Assembly (NCBI GenBank): GCA_964019335.1
Contig: OZ025739.1
Span: forward strand, 124,001-188,000
Reading direction: 5' to 3'
DNA length: 64,000 bases
Source of the DNA: Diplonema japonicum
Lineage: Eukaryota > Protista > Euglenozoa: Diplonemea
Shown here: piece after piece, positions 1 through 10,013 of the stretch
Layout: each line of letters starts with the position of its first letter
Position numbering within the stretch: the first letter of the stretch is position 1
Notes under the pieces: generated by a model
The model's database searches: none
What the model was told of the DNA's origin: nothing
What the model saw: the letters and a program-made list of their open reading frames with translations, nothing else
Position numbers and translations under genes: made by a program

Positions 1-2
1 CT

Positions 3-2330
3 GAGAAGCCCATCCCAACCGTCCCTGAGCTCGATGACTCAGAAGAGACTGAATGTGCTGCAGCAAGGAAGATCCAAGGTCACTGCCGTGTGCATCTTGC
101 AAAACTTGAATCCGAGAGACGTCGAAAGGTACAACAAGGCGATCATACAGTAATGTCGCCACGCAGCAAGGCAGGCAGTGTGCACATGTTGGAAGAAGAC
201 ACGGAAGGGACAGGTGACTACTCTGCAAGAGTGATCCAGGGTTCCATCAGGGTACTTCTAGCAAAGGCAGAGGTGGCAAGGAGAAGAATTGCGAAAAAGA
301 GACTAGCGAAAGAACCACAAAGGCCTTCCCTTACTATCACTGAGCTTGAGGACGGCCATTTCGACATTGAAAATACTGCGGCAAGGAAGATCCAAGGTCA
401 CTGCCGTGTGCATCTTGCAAAACTTGAATCCGAGAGACGTCGAAAGGTACAACAAGGCGATCATACAGTAATGTCGCCACGCAGCAAGGCAGGCAGTGTG
501 CACATGTTGGAAGAAGACACGGAAGGGACGGAGGACTACTCTGCAAGAGTGATCCAATGTTCCATAAGGGTACTTCTAGCAAAGGCAGAGGTGGCAAGGA
601 GAAGAATTGCGAGAAAGAGACTAGTGAAGGAACCACAAAGGCCTTCCCTTACTATCACTGAGCTTGAGGACGGCCATTTCGATATTGAAAATACTGCGGC
701 AAGGAAGATCCAAGGTCACTGCCGTGTGCATCTTGCGACGCTCGAAGCCGAAAGACGGCGTACCGCGAGAGATTGTCACAGCGCAGTATCACCACGCAGC
801 AAGGCGGGCAGTGTGTATATGCTAGAAGATGACAAAGAAGAAACAGAGGACCATTCTGCAAACGTTCTCCAGAGGTGTATCAGAATACTCATGGCTAAAG
901 CAGAGGTGGCAAGAAGGCGAATTGCGAGGAACAACCGAAGTAAAAAACCTCTAAAGGCATCCGGCAGCGTTGCTGAGCTTGCAAGTCCGCAAGACGATGC
1001 TGCCGCAAGGAAGATACAAAACCACTGTCGCGTGCATCTTGCGAGACAAGAAGCTGAACGACGGCGGAAGGCAAAAGATGTTGCCACTACAATAGTATCG
1101 CCTCGCAGCAAGGCAGGCAGCGTGCACATGTTACGGGATGACGAAAACTACTCAGCCAATGTGGTGCAGAGGTGTATCAGGATACTTCTTGCGAAAGCAG
1201 AGGTGGCAAGAAGGAGAATTGCAACCAACAAGCACACCAAGACTCCACAAGAAGCCGCAATCACAATCACCGAGCTTCTCCTCCACCGTGAACAGTTCAG
1301 CGAAACACAAGACGATGCTGCAGCCAGGAAGATACAAAGCTACTGCCGTATACATCTCGCGAAACTGGAAGCTGAACGGCGACGGAAAGCACAAAATGTT
1401 ACAATAGCATCACCTCGCAGCAAGGCAGGCAGCGTGCACATGTTGCCAGAGGACAAACAAGAAACGGAAGAAAGAAGCTCGGCAGGGATTATCCAAGGCT
1501 GTGTTCGAATACTAAAAGCAAAGGCGGAAGTGGCAAGGAGAAGGACCGCAAGAAAAGCGAAGGAAGCACGAAACCCGTTGCCAAACCCTGCGGAGCTGGT
1601 GGACGAAGAAGTGAATGACGCGACACAAATAGTACAGAGGTGCTGCAGGATACTAGTGGCGAAAGCAGAAGTGGCGAGGAGAAGACTCGCAAGAAAACAA
1701 ATGGTCTTAAAAGCAGTGCAGGACTGCTGCAGGGTACTCCTAGCCAAGGCAGAGGTAGCAAGGCGCAGGGTCTCGAGACGACACTCTCTAGTCACAGTGA
1801 TACAGAAACATGCAAGATTTGCAATCACACGTGTAACAATAACCATGGCAAAGCAGGAGAAGAGATCTCGGGTTGGAAAGTGCATAGACGGTATTTTGAA
1901 GGCGAAGGCAGACCTGGCCCGGCACAGAGTCATGCTACGTGGCGCAAAGGTTGCAGGGGTGAAGAGCGTGCGACTGCTTCGCAAGGAGAACCACAAAACA
2001 GCAAAGTTGGACACTTCAGAACAAGACACCCGTAGCGTCATCGCTGAGAGGGAGGCCGTGCTGCGAGACCGGATCAAGATAAAAAAATTTGTCGAGGAGG
2101 AGAAGCTGAAAAAAAAAAGGCGGAAGAAACACCTTCTGAGCCCTATTGCCACGCCCCCTACTGTGCAGGAAATCGTGCAGGCAGAAATCAACGCCAGGGC
2201 ACACATCGCAGAGAAGTACTCCCACATCAGACTTCGCATAATGGACAGGCTTGCGATGGTCGCCTGCGCCTCGCGAAACACCCCCGAGAAAAAGAAGTAC
2301 AACTTTCACCCGTTCATCCCTGTCCTTTAG
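3..2330 (+). CDS. IQ-like motif repeat protein (5' truncated at window edge)
   Basis: Frame is open from position 3 to TAG at 2328-2330. Repeated AARKIQxHCRVHLA and ARVIQxxIRVLLAKAEVARRR IQ-like motifs. Confidence 0.8.
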   Translation, partial: EKPIPTVPELDDSEETECAAARKIQGHCRVHLAKLESERRRKVQQGDHTVMSPRSKAGSVHMLEEDTEGTGDYSARVIQGSIRVLLAKAEVARRRIAKKRLAKEPQRPSLTITELEDGHFDIENTAARKIQGHCRVHLAKLESERRRKVQQGDHTVMSPRSKAGSVHMLEEDTEGTEDYSARVIQCSIRVLLAKAEVARRRIARKRLVKEPQRPSLTITELEDGHFDIENTAARKIQGHCRVHLATLEAERRRTARDCHSAVSPRSKAGSVYMLEDDKEETEDHSANVLQRCIRILMAKAEVARRRIARNNRSKKPLKASGSVAELASPQDDAAARKIQNHCRVHLARQEAERRRKAKDVATTIVSPRSKAGSVHMLRDDENYSANVVQRCIRILLAKAEVARRRIATNKHTKTPQEAAITITELLLHREQFSETQDDAAARKIQSYCRIHLAKLEAERRRKAQNVTIASPRSKAGSVHMLPEDKQETEERSSAGIIQGCVRILKAKAEVARRRTARKAKEARNPLPNPAELVDEEVNDATQIVQRCCRILVAKAEVARRRLARKQMVLKAVQDCCRVLLAKAEVARRRVSRRHSLVTVIQKHARFAITRVTITMAKQEKRSRVGKCIDGILKAKADLARHRVMLRGAKVAGVKSVRLLRKENHKTAKLDTSEQDTRSVIAEREAVLRDRIKIKKFVEEEKLKKKRRKKHLLSPIATPPTVQEIVQAEINARAHIAEKYSHIRLRIMDRLAMVACASRNTPEKKKYNFHPFIPVL
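63..1016 (+). repeat. 318-bp (106-aa) coding tandem repeat, with more degenerate copies to about 1770
   Basis: gcaaggaagatccaaggtcactgccgtgtgcatcttgc recurs at 63, 381 and 699. Confidence 0.9.
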
Positions 2331-2472
2331 CAGCCCTCTCCCTCCACCTTTTTTTTTTTATAAAAAAAAAAAATGAACAACGCGATATATGAAAAAATAT
2401 TTCTTTCCACTCTCTCTTCTTTTTTTTTTTGTGTACTGGAGTGAGGAAATCCACATTTTTACAAAAAGGGAG

Positions 2473-2502
<30 letters not shown>

Positions 2503-2503
<1 letters not shown>

Positions 2504-3036
2504 TGGTTGATGATGAATGGGCGAACGGGGCGATTCCTAGTATGTTGGATTTAATCGAAGAAGCAGGAGAGGAGAGGGGTGGCGCAAAATACTTGGAAGT
2601 GGGGTATATCAGTGAGGTTTGGGCCGAGTGGGCAGGGACGGACTTGAAAAAGCTTTTTAAAATTATGGCAGGGAGGAGGCTGGTGAGCAAGGTGGCCGGG
2701 GCCCACGGTGAGGAGCTCAGGGAACATCCCGAAGCACGAAAAATGCACGAAATGTTTATGCAACGACTGCAAGCATTTGAAGAGGAGGAGGAGCAAGCCT
2801 TCATAGAAGAAGAAACGTTGGCGGACATGGCAGCTGAAGGTATCCACCAAGAGGTCGTAATGCCAGCGCATCTTGCCTCCAAGCAGCTCTCTGTGTCGAG
2901 CATTCCACCTACACCCCCCTCCACCCCTGTCGTCCCTGCACCCCCACCGATGGACGGACTCCCCAAAAATTTTCCAGTCACCGTTGCGTCCATTAGGAAG
3001 CTCTACGGTGGCGATGACATTCGCGTCAAAGCGTAG
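2503..3036 (+). CDS. hypothetical protein, 177 aa, acidic and Pro-rich C-terminal half
   Basis: ATG directly after a poly(A) run; homopolymer-free coding-like composition between low-complexity spacers. Confidence 0.7.
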
Positions 3037-3451
3037 AAAAAAAAAAAATGTACAAAAAAAATGTTGATGTTGTTTTTTTTTTTTTTTTTTTTTTATTTCC
3101 CTCTCCGTATCCCCCTCCATATTTGTTGTCATATCTGTCGAAAGAAGCCTTGAAAAGGCCCTTGTACTTGGGTCTTTTTTTTCCTTCCCCCCCCCCCCCC
3201 TTATGATTTGGTTCATGTCGAGGATCGACTGCTCTCCCCCCCCTCCCTTCTCCGCCCTGGAAGAATAGAAAAAACAGGGTGTGTGTGTGGGAGAGAACAG
3301 GAACACGAAAGAAAGAGGAAAAAAAAAAACAGAAACTGAACGAGGCCTTTTTTTTAATTATCTTATCTGATTTTTTTTTAACTTTTTTTTATCCCCCACT
3401 TTTTTATTTTCTTTCAGAGAGAGATAGAAGAGGGGGAGGTAAAAAAAAAAA

Positions 3452-4255
3452 ATGCGACTGCATCCAATCTTACTCATTCTCCTTCTTGTTTTCCCCAACA
3501 TTGTAGGTGTAGTGGTTGATTTGCGGGAGTTTGCATCAGACGAGTGTATAGGCAACCCAAGCAACACCGCTTCCGATCTCGCATTTTGTTCCATGTTCGG
3601 CCAAAAGGGGTGTTGCACATCTGCAGGGGATGAACGGGTCCACGAGCATTTTTCAAATCTGCTGGATGTGGGTGCGGGGTGTTCCCACACCTTAACAGAG
3701 GTAAGGCAAGATTACGAAGATTTACGTTCTTGGTTGTGTCTTTCATGCGACCCTCGAGAGGCTACCTATAGGTTTAGAACAGCATTAGGAGACCCTCGAA
3801 ATAATGTCAAACCTGATCCTACATCGAGCAAGGTGTGGACGTGGCGAGTCTGTTTGAGCTTCGCGAAAAAAATCTGGATTGGGAACGGGAAGCAAAACGG
3901 GGAGAGGTATTCTAAGTGCGGGTTGCAGTTCCCCTCCCCGTGCGACGGTCAGAAACAGCTCCTCACCCCGAACAAAACTTCGACCGTCCCTGTCCTTGAT
4001 GGTTGGAAACCCTTTCAATGTGGCACCACCATCACGATCCCTTCTAAGGTGTTTTACGGGCCATACCAAGTTGCTGTTCGAGATTTCCTTGCAAGGCTCC
4101 CCCCTCCGAACCTCCCTGACTTCCAGTTCACGCTGGTTGACGACAGTCTGAACACGAATTTCAGATGGGTAGACACACCGTGCTTTGGAGCCTGTTCTGT
4201 TGCACAACCATATCTTCCGATGATGGCTGCGGCAGTGGTGGTCTTGTTGATATAA
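3452..4255 (+). CDS. folate-receptor-family Cys-rich protein, probable signal peptide and GPI anchor
   Basis: Hydrophobic N-terminus; C..CC, CLSCDP, RVCLSFAKKIW..CG cysteine pattern; hydrophobic C-terminal tail MMAAAVVVLLI. Confidence 0.65.
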   Translation: MRLHPILLILLLVFPNIVGVVVDLREFASDECIGNPSNTASDLAFCSMFGQKGCCTSAGDERVHEHFSNLLDVGAGCSHTLTEVRQDYEDLRSWLCLSCDPREATYRFRTALGDPRNNVKPDPTSSKVWTWRVCLSFAKKIWIGNGKQNGERYSKCGLQFPSPCDGQKQLLTPNKTSTVPVLDGWKPFQCGTTITIPSKVFYGPYQVAVRDFLARLPPPNLPDFQFTLVDDSLNTNFRWVDTPCFGACSVAQPYLPMMAAAVVVLLI

Positions 4256-4339
4256 CATTTTTTTTTTTTTTCTTTTTTTTATATAACAGAAACCAAAGAA
4301 AGAAGAGGGAAAAAAAAAAAAGAGAAAAAAAAAAAAGAA

Positions 4340-4771
4340 ATGGCGTACAAAGGCAAGGTCGTTCGCTGGTACGAGAGCAAGGGGTTCGGGTTCGTGAAGA
4401 GCGATCAGTTCGACGAGGATATCTTTGTGCACTTCACCTCCTTCGGGGGTGGCAACCTGGTTGAGGGGAGGAGCATCAGCTTCGACCTTGAGGACGACAG
4501 GGATGGCAAGAAGAAGTGCGGTAACGTGTCCGGCGACGCTGTTGACTCCGAGAGGCGTCCTCCCAGGGACTCTGGCCGTGGCGGCAGGAGGGACAGCAGG
4601 GACCGTGGTGACAGGCGTAGGCGTGACGACAGCAGGGACAGGGGCCACGGCAGGAGAGACAGCAGGGACCGCGGATACGACAGGAGAGACTCCCGTGACC
4701 GTGGATACGACAGGAGAGACAGGAGGGAGCGCGACCGCAGCTACGACAGCAGGGACAGGAGGAGGCACTAG
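4340..4771 (+). CDS. cold-shock domain protein with RD/RS-rich tail (CSD1)
   Basis: GKVVRWYESKGFGF (RNP1) and DIFVHF (RNP2); RRDSRDR repeats. Confidence 0.92.
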   Translation: MAYKGKVVRWYESKGFGFVKSDQFDEDIFVHFTSFGGGNLVEGRSISFDLEDDRDGKKKCGNVSGDAVDSERRPPRDSGRGGRRDSRDRGDRRRRDDSRDRGHGRRDSRDRGYDRRDSRDRGYDRRDRRERDRSYDSRDRRRH

Positions 4772-5243
4772 GTTAAAACGAACTCTTTTTTTCTCCCCTT
4801 CTCCCCAGTGATTCCCCCCCCTCCCCTCGCATTATCAATGTTTTTTTTTCTTTTTTTCCCCTTTTTTTAATTTTTTTTAAAAAAATTAAAAGTGTGCTAC
4901 CGGTTTTCAAAGGTTTCTTTTACCCCCCCCCCCTTTTTCTTTCTTCTTTTTTTATATCTCTCGGAATACTACTGCGCTATTTTTTTTCTTCTTAAAAACG
5001 GGGAAATAACCCCCCTCCCCCCCGCTTCCCTTTCTCGAATGATTAGAAGATTTTTTTCTTAAAAAAAGAAGAAAACCCCCTCTCCCAGTGTCGAAACACC
5101 CCAACCAAAAAAAAAGGCCCCTCCCCCCACCCTTTTCTTCATTTTTTTTTCTTTTGCTATAAAAAAAATCAAAACAACATCACCATCTACCCTCTTTTTT
5201 TTTTTTTTTTTTCCCTTCAGATCAAAAAAAAAAGACATAAACC

Positions 5244-5639
5244 ATGACGTACTCTGGGAGAGTTGTTCGTTGGTACGACCACAAGGGGTTTGGCTTCATT
5301 AAGTGTGATGAGTTCGAAAACGATTTGTACTGCCACTTCACCGGTTTCGGTGGGGGCAACCTGATTGAGGGCAGGAGTGTGACCTTCGATCTTGAGGATG
5401 ATGAGAGGGCGGGCAAGAAGAGGTGCACCAACGTGTCAGGTGAAGCCGTGGACGCTGAGAGGCGCGCCCCCAGGAGGGACAGCAGGGACCGTGACAGGGA
5501 CCGTGGTGACAGGCGCAGGCGCGACGACAGCAGGGACAGGAACTACGGCAGGAGAGACAGCAGGGACCGCGGATACGACAGGAGAGACAGGAGGGAGCGC
5601 GACCGCAGCTACGACAGCAGGGACAGGAAGAGGTACTAG
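5244..5639 (+). CDS. cold-shock domain protein with RD/RS-rich tail (CSD2), tandem paralog
   Basis: GRVVRWYDHKGFGFI, DLYCHF; 3' part nearly identical in DNA to CSD1. Confidence 0.92.
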   Translation: MTYSGRVVRWYDHKGFGFIKCDEFENDLYCHFTGFGGGNLIEGRSVTFDLEDDERAGKKRCTNVSGEAVDAERRAPRRDSRDRDRDRGDRRRRDDSRDRNYGRRDSRDRGYDRRDRRERDRSYDSRDRKRY

Positions 5640-6005
5640 GAGTTTTTTTTTAAAAGATTTTACCCCCCCCTTTTTTTTAGTGTAAAGGTTTTTTAAACCT
5701 ATAATACCCTTCCCTTTCCCATCCCCCCCCCTTTTTTATTCTCTGTTTTTTATACAACCGCCCCCCCCACCAAAAAAAACCCAAAAAAACGGCTCGAATT
5801 TTTCACAACCGCTCGTTTCTCGTAAATCAAGAAAAAAAATCCTCCTTTTTTTTGCTTCCCCCCCCCCCCCCCCCTCCCCTTTTGTAGTTTCTCTTTTTTT
5901 TTTTACCCCCTCAAACTACTAGTTGTCCGCAAAAAAAAAAAAGGAGGGAGCAGAGGGAAGGGGGGGAGAAGGAAAAAAAAAAAAAAAGAAAGAAGGAAAA
6001 AAAAA

Positions 6006-7136
6006 ATGTTGGTGGAGTTCGGAGCGTCGGTTTCGGCCCTGAAAGCAGTGGGGCAAATGTGTGTTATGATAGCTGTGGGGATGATCGCGGCGAGGCGGGG
6101 GGTGGTGGAAAAAAAGACGATGAAGCTGTTCAGCGGCTTGGTGACCGGAATCTTCACACCCGCCCTGCTCTTCAGCAACCTCTCCGCAGGCACCTCTGCA
6201 CAATCTCTCCTAAAATCCGCCATCCTACCCTTCGTCGCATTCTCATGCTGCGGCGCGGGGATGGGAATGGGATACCTCGCAAGAAAAACATTTCTAAAAG
6301 ACAAACTAACCCACGATCACGCAAGACTATTCCAAGCAGCCTGCACCATCGGAAATTCACAAGGCCTCCCACTCGTTCTCACCGGCGCCTTGGTGTCCCC
6401 AGAAGAATGGACAGAATGCGTGAGATATATATGCCTCTACATCGTTTCAGTGCACATTGTAACATGGTTTGGTTTATACAACTGGTTGAAGGAGTCCCAT
6501 GAGAGCACGGAGTGGGAACGGCAGCCGCTTCTTCCGAAGGATGATGATTCACCACACCCGATTAAGGCGAATTCATCACCATTCGTGGTTAAGCTGAAAA
6601 GTTCCATAAACCCACCGTTGGTGGCGATTGGTACCGGTTTGGTCTTTGGTTTGTTCCATCCCATCCACCATCAATTTGCAAGACCTGGAGCCCCATTAAA
6701 ATGGATTCATGATGCAATAACTCGTGTTGGCCAGGGCATGGTCCCACTGGTTATGACAATACTTGGGTCAAGCATGTACTTTGGTACCCAAACTCCGAAA
6801 CATGAGAGGTTACCCATGGAGTGCACGGTCACACTGGCGTTTATAAGGCTATTTTTCGTGCCTTTGGTCGGGTTGATGTTCGTCTTACTCTTCAGGCCGT
6901 ATCTAGACAATTTGCTGTGCTTGGTCATTCTTATTGAGTCATGCTCACCTACCGCCAACAATGTTACAGTGATATGCTCGCGCTTGGGGATTGATCCCGT
7001 CCCTTTGGGGTCGTCGTATCTCTTTCAATATGTGGTGGCTATTCCTTTGTACTCGGTGTACCTTGGCTTTGCGTTGACCATCGCAAATGGATCCCCTCCC
7101 GATGCTCCTTTTTTGACACCTTCGCCCGTATTGTAA
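6006..7136 (+). CDS. auxin efflux carrier / PIN-LIKES (Mem_trans) family transporter
   Basis: Multiple hydrophobic segments; motifs IFTPALLFS, GNSQGLP, INPPL, VPL..ILG, IRL..P, PTA.N. Confidence 0.85.
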   Translation: MLVEFGASVSALKAVGQMCVMIAVGMIAARRGVVEKKTMKLFSGLVTGIFTPALLFSNLSAGTSAQSLLKSAILPFVAFSCCGAGMGMGYLARKTFLKDKLTHDHARLFQAACTIGNSQGLPLVLTGALVSPEEWTECVRYICLYIVSVHIVTWFGLYNWLKESHESTEWERQPLLPKDDDSPHPIKANSSPFVVKLKSSINPPLVAIGTGLVFGLFHPIHHQFARPGAPLKWIHDAITRVGQGMVPLVMTILGSSMYFGTQTPKHERLPMECTVTLAFIRLFFVPLVGLMFVLLFRPYLDNLLCLVILIESCSPTANNVTVICSRLGIDPVPLGSSYLFQYVVAIPLYSVYLGFALTIANGSPPDAPFLTPSPVL

Positions 7137-7367
7137 AAACTAAATAGGAGGAAAGATGATCAAAAGAAGAAGAAGAAGAGGAAAAAAAAAATAGAAATTT
7201 GCTCATCAGTTGTCGGGGGGATTTTGCCTCGTCCCCCCCCCCCCCCCCCCCCCCCTCCTCTCCTTGTTGTTCGGTGATAATGTGTGCTGTTTCCTTTTTT
7301 TCATTTCTCCGGAGAGTTTTTTTTTTTTTTTTTTCTTTTTATCTATTACATTCGATCGATTAGTATA

Positions 7368-8984
7368 CTGTAAAACGAATAATGTCGGACGGAAAAATTC
7401 TCGGACAGAAAAACTCCCGGACCAAAAAAACCCGGACATTTTTCCGTCCGGGAGTTTTTCTGAGAAGAAGTTTTTTTACTTAAGGGGGGGTAGCAGCTCC
7501 CACCACTTGCCTGGAAGGGCTTTATTCCTTGTGCAGAGCCAAAATGTCACCCTGCGTGGCAGTTTGAATTTTTCTTCCCCTTTCAATGCACCAACAAACA
7601 GCACCCACGGGATCTTTAACTTCTCATAAACCCGTACTTCTTTCGTCAGATTGACCAGTTCGACTACCCAAGGCACGTTGAGCAGCTGGCTTGTGAGGGG
7701 CCCAACTTTGGTGCTGACACCCCCGGCCAGCTCACCCCCGAGATAAACTCCTTACACCGGGCCAGTACAAACCCCCGAAAGCAGCTTGGCGGCCTCTGCC
7801 TCGGTCAGAAGACGGCAGCAACAGGTTCAACAGAGCCCCCGGTTTCTTCGACGGAAATACTGGACGTTGCTATTCCACCCTACCACACCCTGGCCGCCAC
7901 GACGCCGTGATAGCTGCGTATCGCCCAATACAGGATTTAGCATCCTTCGGGGGCTGAAAGGTTTTTGCTTGAGTCGATAGGTAAACGGGCTTGGTGAGCC
8001 TATCCCAGCACAACAAATATGCACCTATGTAGAAGGGCTGCTGTGCGCCAATCCAGCCCGAAAGACAGACCTGGTAGACTTTGGTGGGGCACTGTCCTTT
8101 TCCACTGGCTAGGCTGACAAAATTTTGTAGCAAGAAAGACAAAAGCCGCAAGCCACCTCCGGAAAGCCCGGAAACGAGAAGGACGCTGTTTCACCATGGA
8201 ATTCAGGTCCATAATCGACACCCATAAAGTAAGGCCGGAATTGGTCTGGAATACGGGGTTAAAAACCAAAACAAAAAGGGGTGCTAAGGTCGTAAAAGTC
8301 CGTGGCTTGGGGGACAAAACGGGCTATAACCAAACAGCTGGCTGTTTCCTTGGCTGGATGGTTAAATACAAATGCAAAGCGGAAACGCAATCGGCAGGGA
8401 TTATCCGTGCCCCGGTCAAGCACCCGCCCACCGAATGGAGCCTAACGGCATCACCCAATCATTGCTAATTATGATACTCGGTATCTGGGTTACGGAGCTG
8501 TTTCTTCCTTTTTGCTATAAATCATCGATTCCCATGGTTTTGCCGAACGGGCCGATTCTGCTGCTTGTCGGCGACCACAACTCTCACACGACCTATGCCT
8601 ATGGGTTCGTAGAGTTGTTCGCAGGCGCAAACGTGCACATTGCTTTTGTCCCCCTGGGCTCACCTACATGGTTCAACCGATGGATATTGGGTTGAACGCA
8701 GCTGTAAATCATCTATTAAGAAAGGTAGTAGGCCACACGAAGGCTCGACAAGTTGATTGCCTCAGGGCAGCAAGGGAGGACAAAGATGCAGAAAGGGAAC
8801 CCTGGGGGTTTCTTCGCGCGGTTGCCGTTTGCAACCCAGGCCAGTATGTAGGTGGTAGTGGACCAGGCCCCCTGACGGCCTTACCTAAAAAAAATTCCCG
8901 GACGGAAAAACTCCCGGACGGAAAAATTCCTGGACGCCAAAAAAACTCGGACATTTTTCCGTCCGGGAGTTTTTCGTTTTACAG
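7368..8984 (+). mobile_element. decayed pogo/Tigger-like (Tc1-mariner superfamily) DNA transposon, 1617 bp
   Basis: TA|CTGTAAAACGAA...TTCGTTTTACAG|TA: imperfect ~31-bp TIRs with TA target-site duplication (7366-67, 8985-86) and internal transposase remnants. Confidence 0.85.
7981..8760 (+). pseudogene. frameshifted DDE_1 (pogo/CENP-B type) transposase
   Basis: Fragments in different frames: GEPIPAQQI...FSTG*ADKIL (HTH-like), VWNTG, LLLVGDHNSH, FVPLGSPT / VQPMDIGLN; stops and frameshifts. Confidence 0.75.
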
Positions 8985-9823
8985 TATTTAAAAAAAAAAA
9001 AAAATGAAAAAGAGGACATATAAAAATGGGGGGACAAAAGGCTTATTTTTTATTTCGCCATTGGAGAAAAGGCAGCTATTGGTTTCTCCAGGAGGCCTAT
9101 TTTCGCCAATTGGTCCACGCACGACAAGCTAATGGAATTGAAAGCCGGCTACAAGCGGGACCGCATCACACGACTCCGCAAGACGCTCACGGCCTCAATC
9201 GGAATGAAAGCAATGCTCCAGAAGGGGAGTATTAACAGATAGACCCCCCCCTCCCATAGGGCGGCCCTCTAGCGGGGGGCTTGTCCTGTACTTTGAGTTT
9301 TATTTTATAGACAGAAAAAAAAACTGACATTGGGCCCCCTGAACTCTCAACGGGCCCCTGAATTCTCTCTCCCCTTCTTTTTTTTTTCCCTGTTGCTTAG
9401 CAAGGAGAGGAGAAACAAAAAAAAGAGGGGGAGTTTCTGTGCATTGAAAAGTAAGGCTTTTTTTAGTGACGCTTTGTTCTCTCTTTTCTCGTTACCTTTT
9501 TTTTTTTTTTTTTTTCCCTCGTAGTCCCCTTTTTTTTTTCTCCTAAAATACCTGTTTTGTTATCTATTAAAAGAAAGTTCGAAGGGCGTAGCGCAAAAGA
9601 TGGAGTAGGAGATGTAAAAGAGGGAAAGAGAAAAAAAAAAAGAAAAAAAAAAGAGGGAGTGAAGGAGATTTCAAACGTCGCCCCCTGAAACTCAACACAG
9701 CACCTTTCTTATACTTGTTTCTTTTTAATCTTTTTTCTTTCTTCCGCGGCAACCTTCAAATAAAAAAAGGGGGGGGACACAGGGACCCAACACGCACACC
9801 TTTCACCCCCCCTTTTTTTTTCT

Positions 9824-9861
9824 AAGGGTGGTCCTCGAGTGGGATTTGCCCTTAAACATCG
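9824..9861 (+). repeat. 38-nt conserved intergenic hairpin, copy 1
   Basis: aagggtggtcctcgagtgggatttgcccttaaacatcg matches 57350-57388 except one substitution and one G indel. Confidence 0.85.
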
Positions 9862-10013
9862 CCTTTTCTTTGGAAATTCTCCAACCGACCACACGCCCAA
9901 ACTACCTCTTTTTTTTTTATATTTTTTTATATTTTTTTTATATTTTTTTATATCCTACATTTGGTTTTCTGTTACGAAAAAAAAAAAATTAGAAGGGGGG
10001 GAAAAAAAAAAAG

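Noticed and set aside
1340-2302. 320-aa minus-strand ORF, and similar ones at 3785-4768, 10887-11855 and 35919-36680
   Set aside because: Fully overlap well-supported + strand genes, no motifs, several run through homopolymer tracts.
9026-9290. Complex-sequence island with a short frame (STHDKLMELK...INR*) and a GC hairpin next to the transposon
   Set aside because: Possibly another element remnant, but no recognisable motif, termini or second copy in the window.
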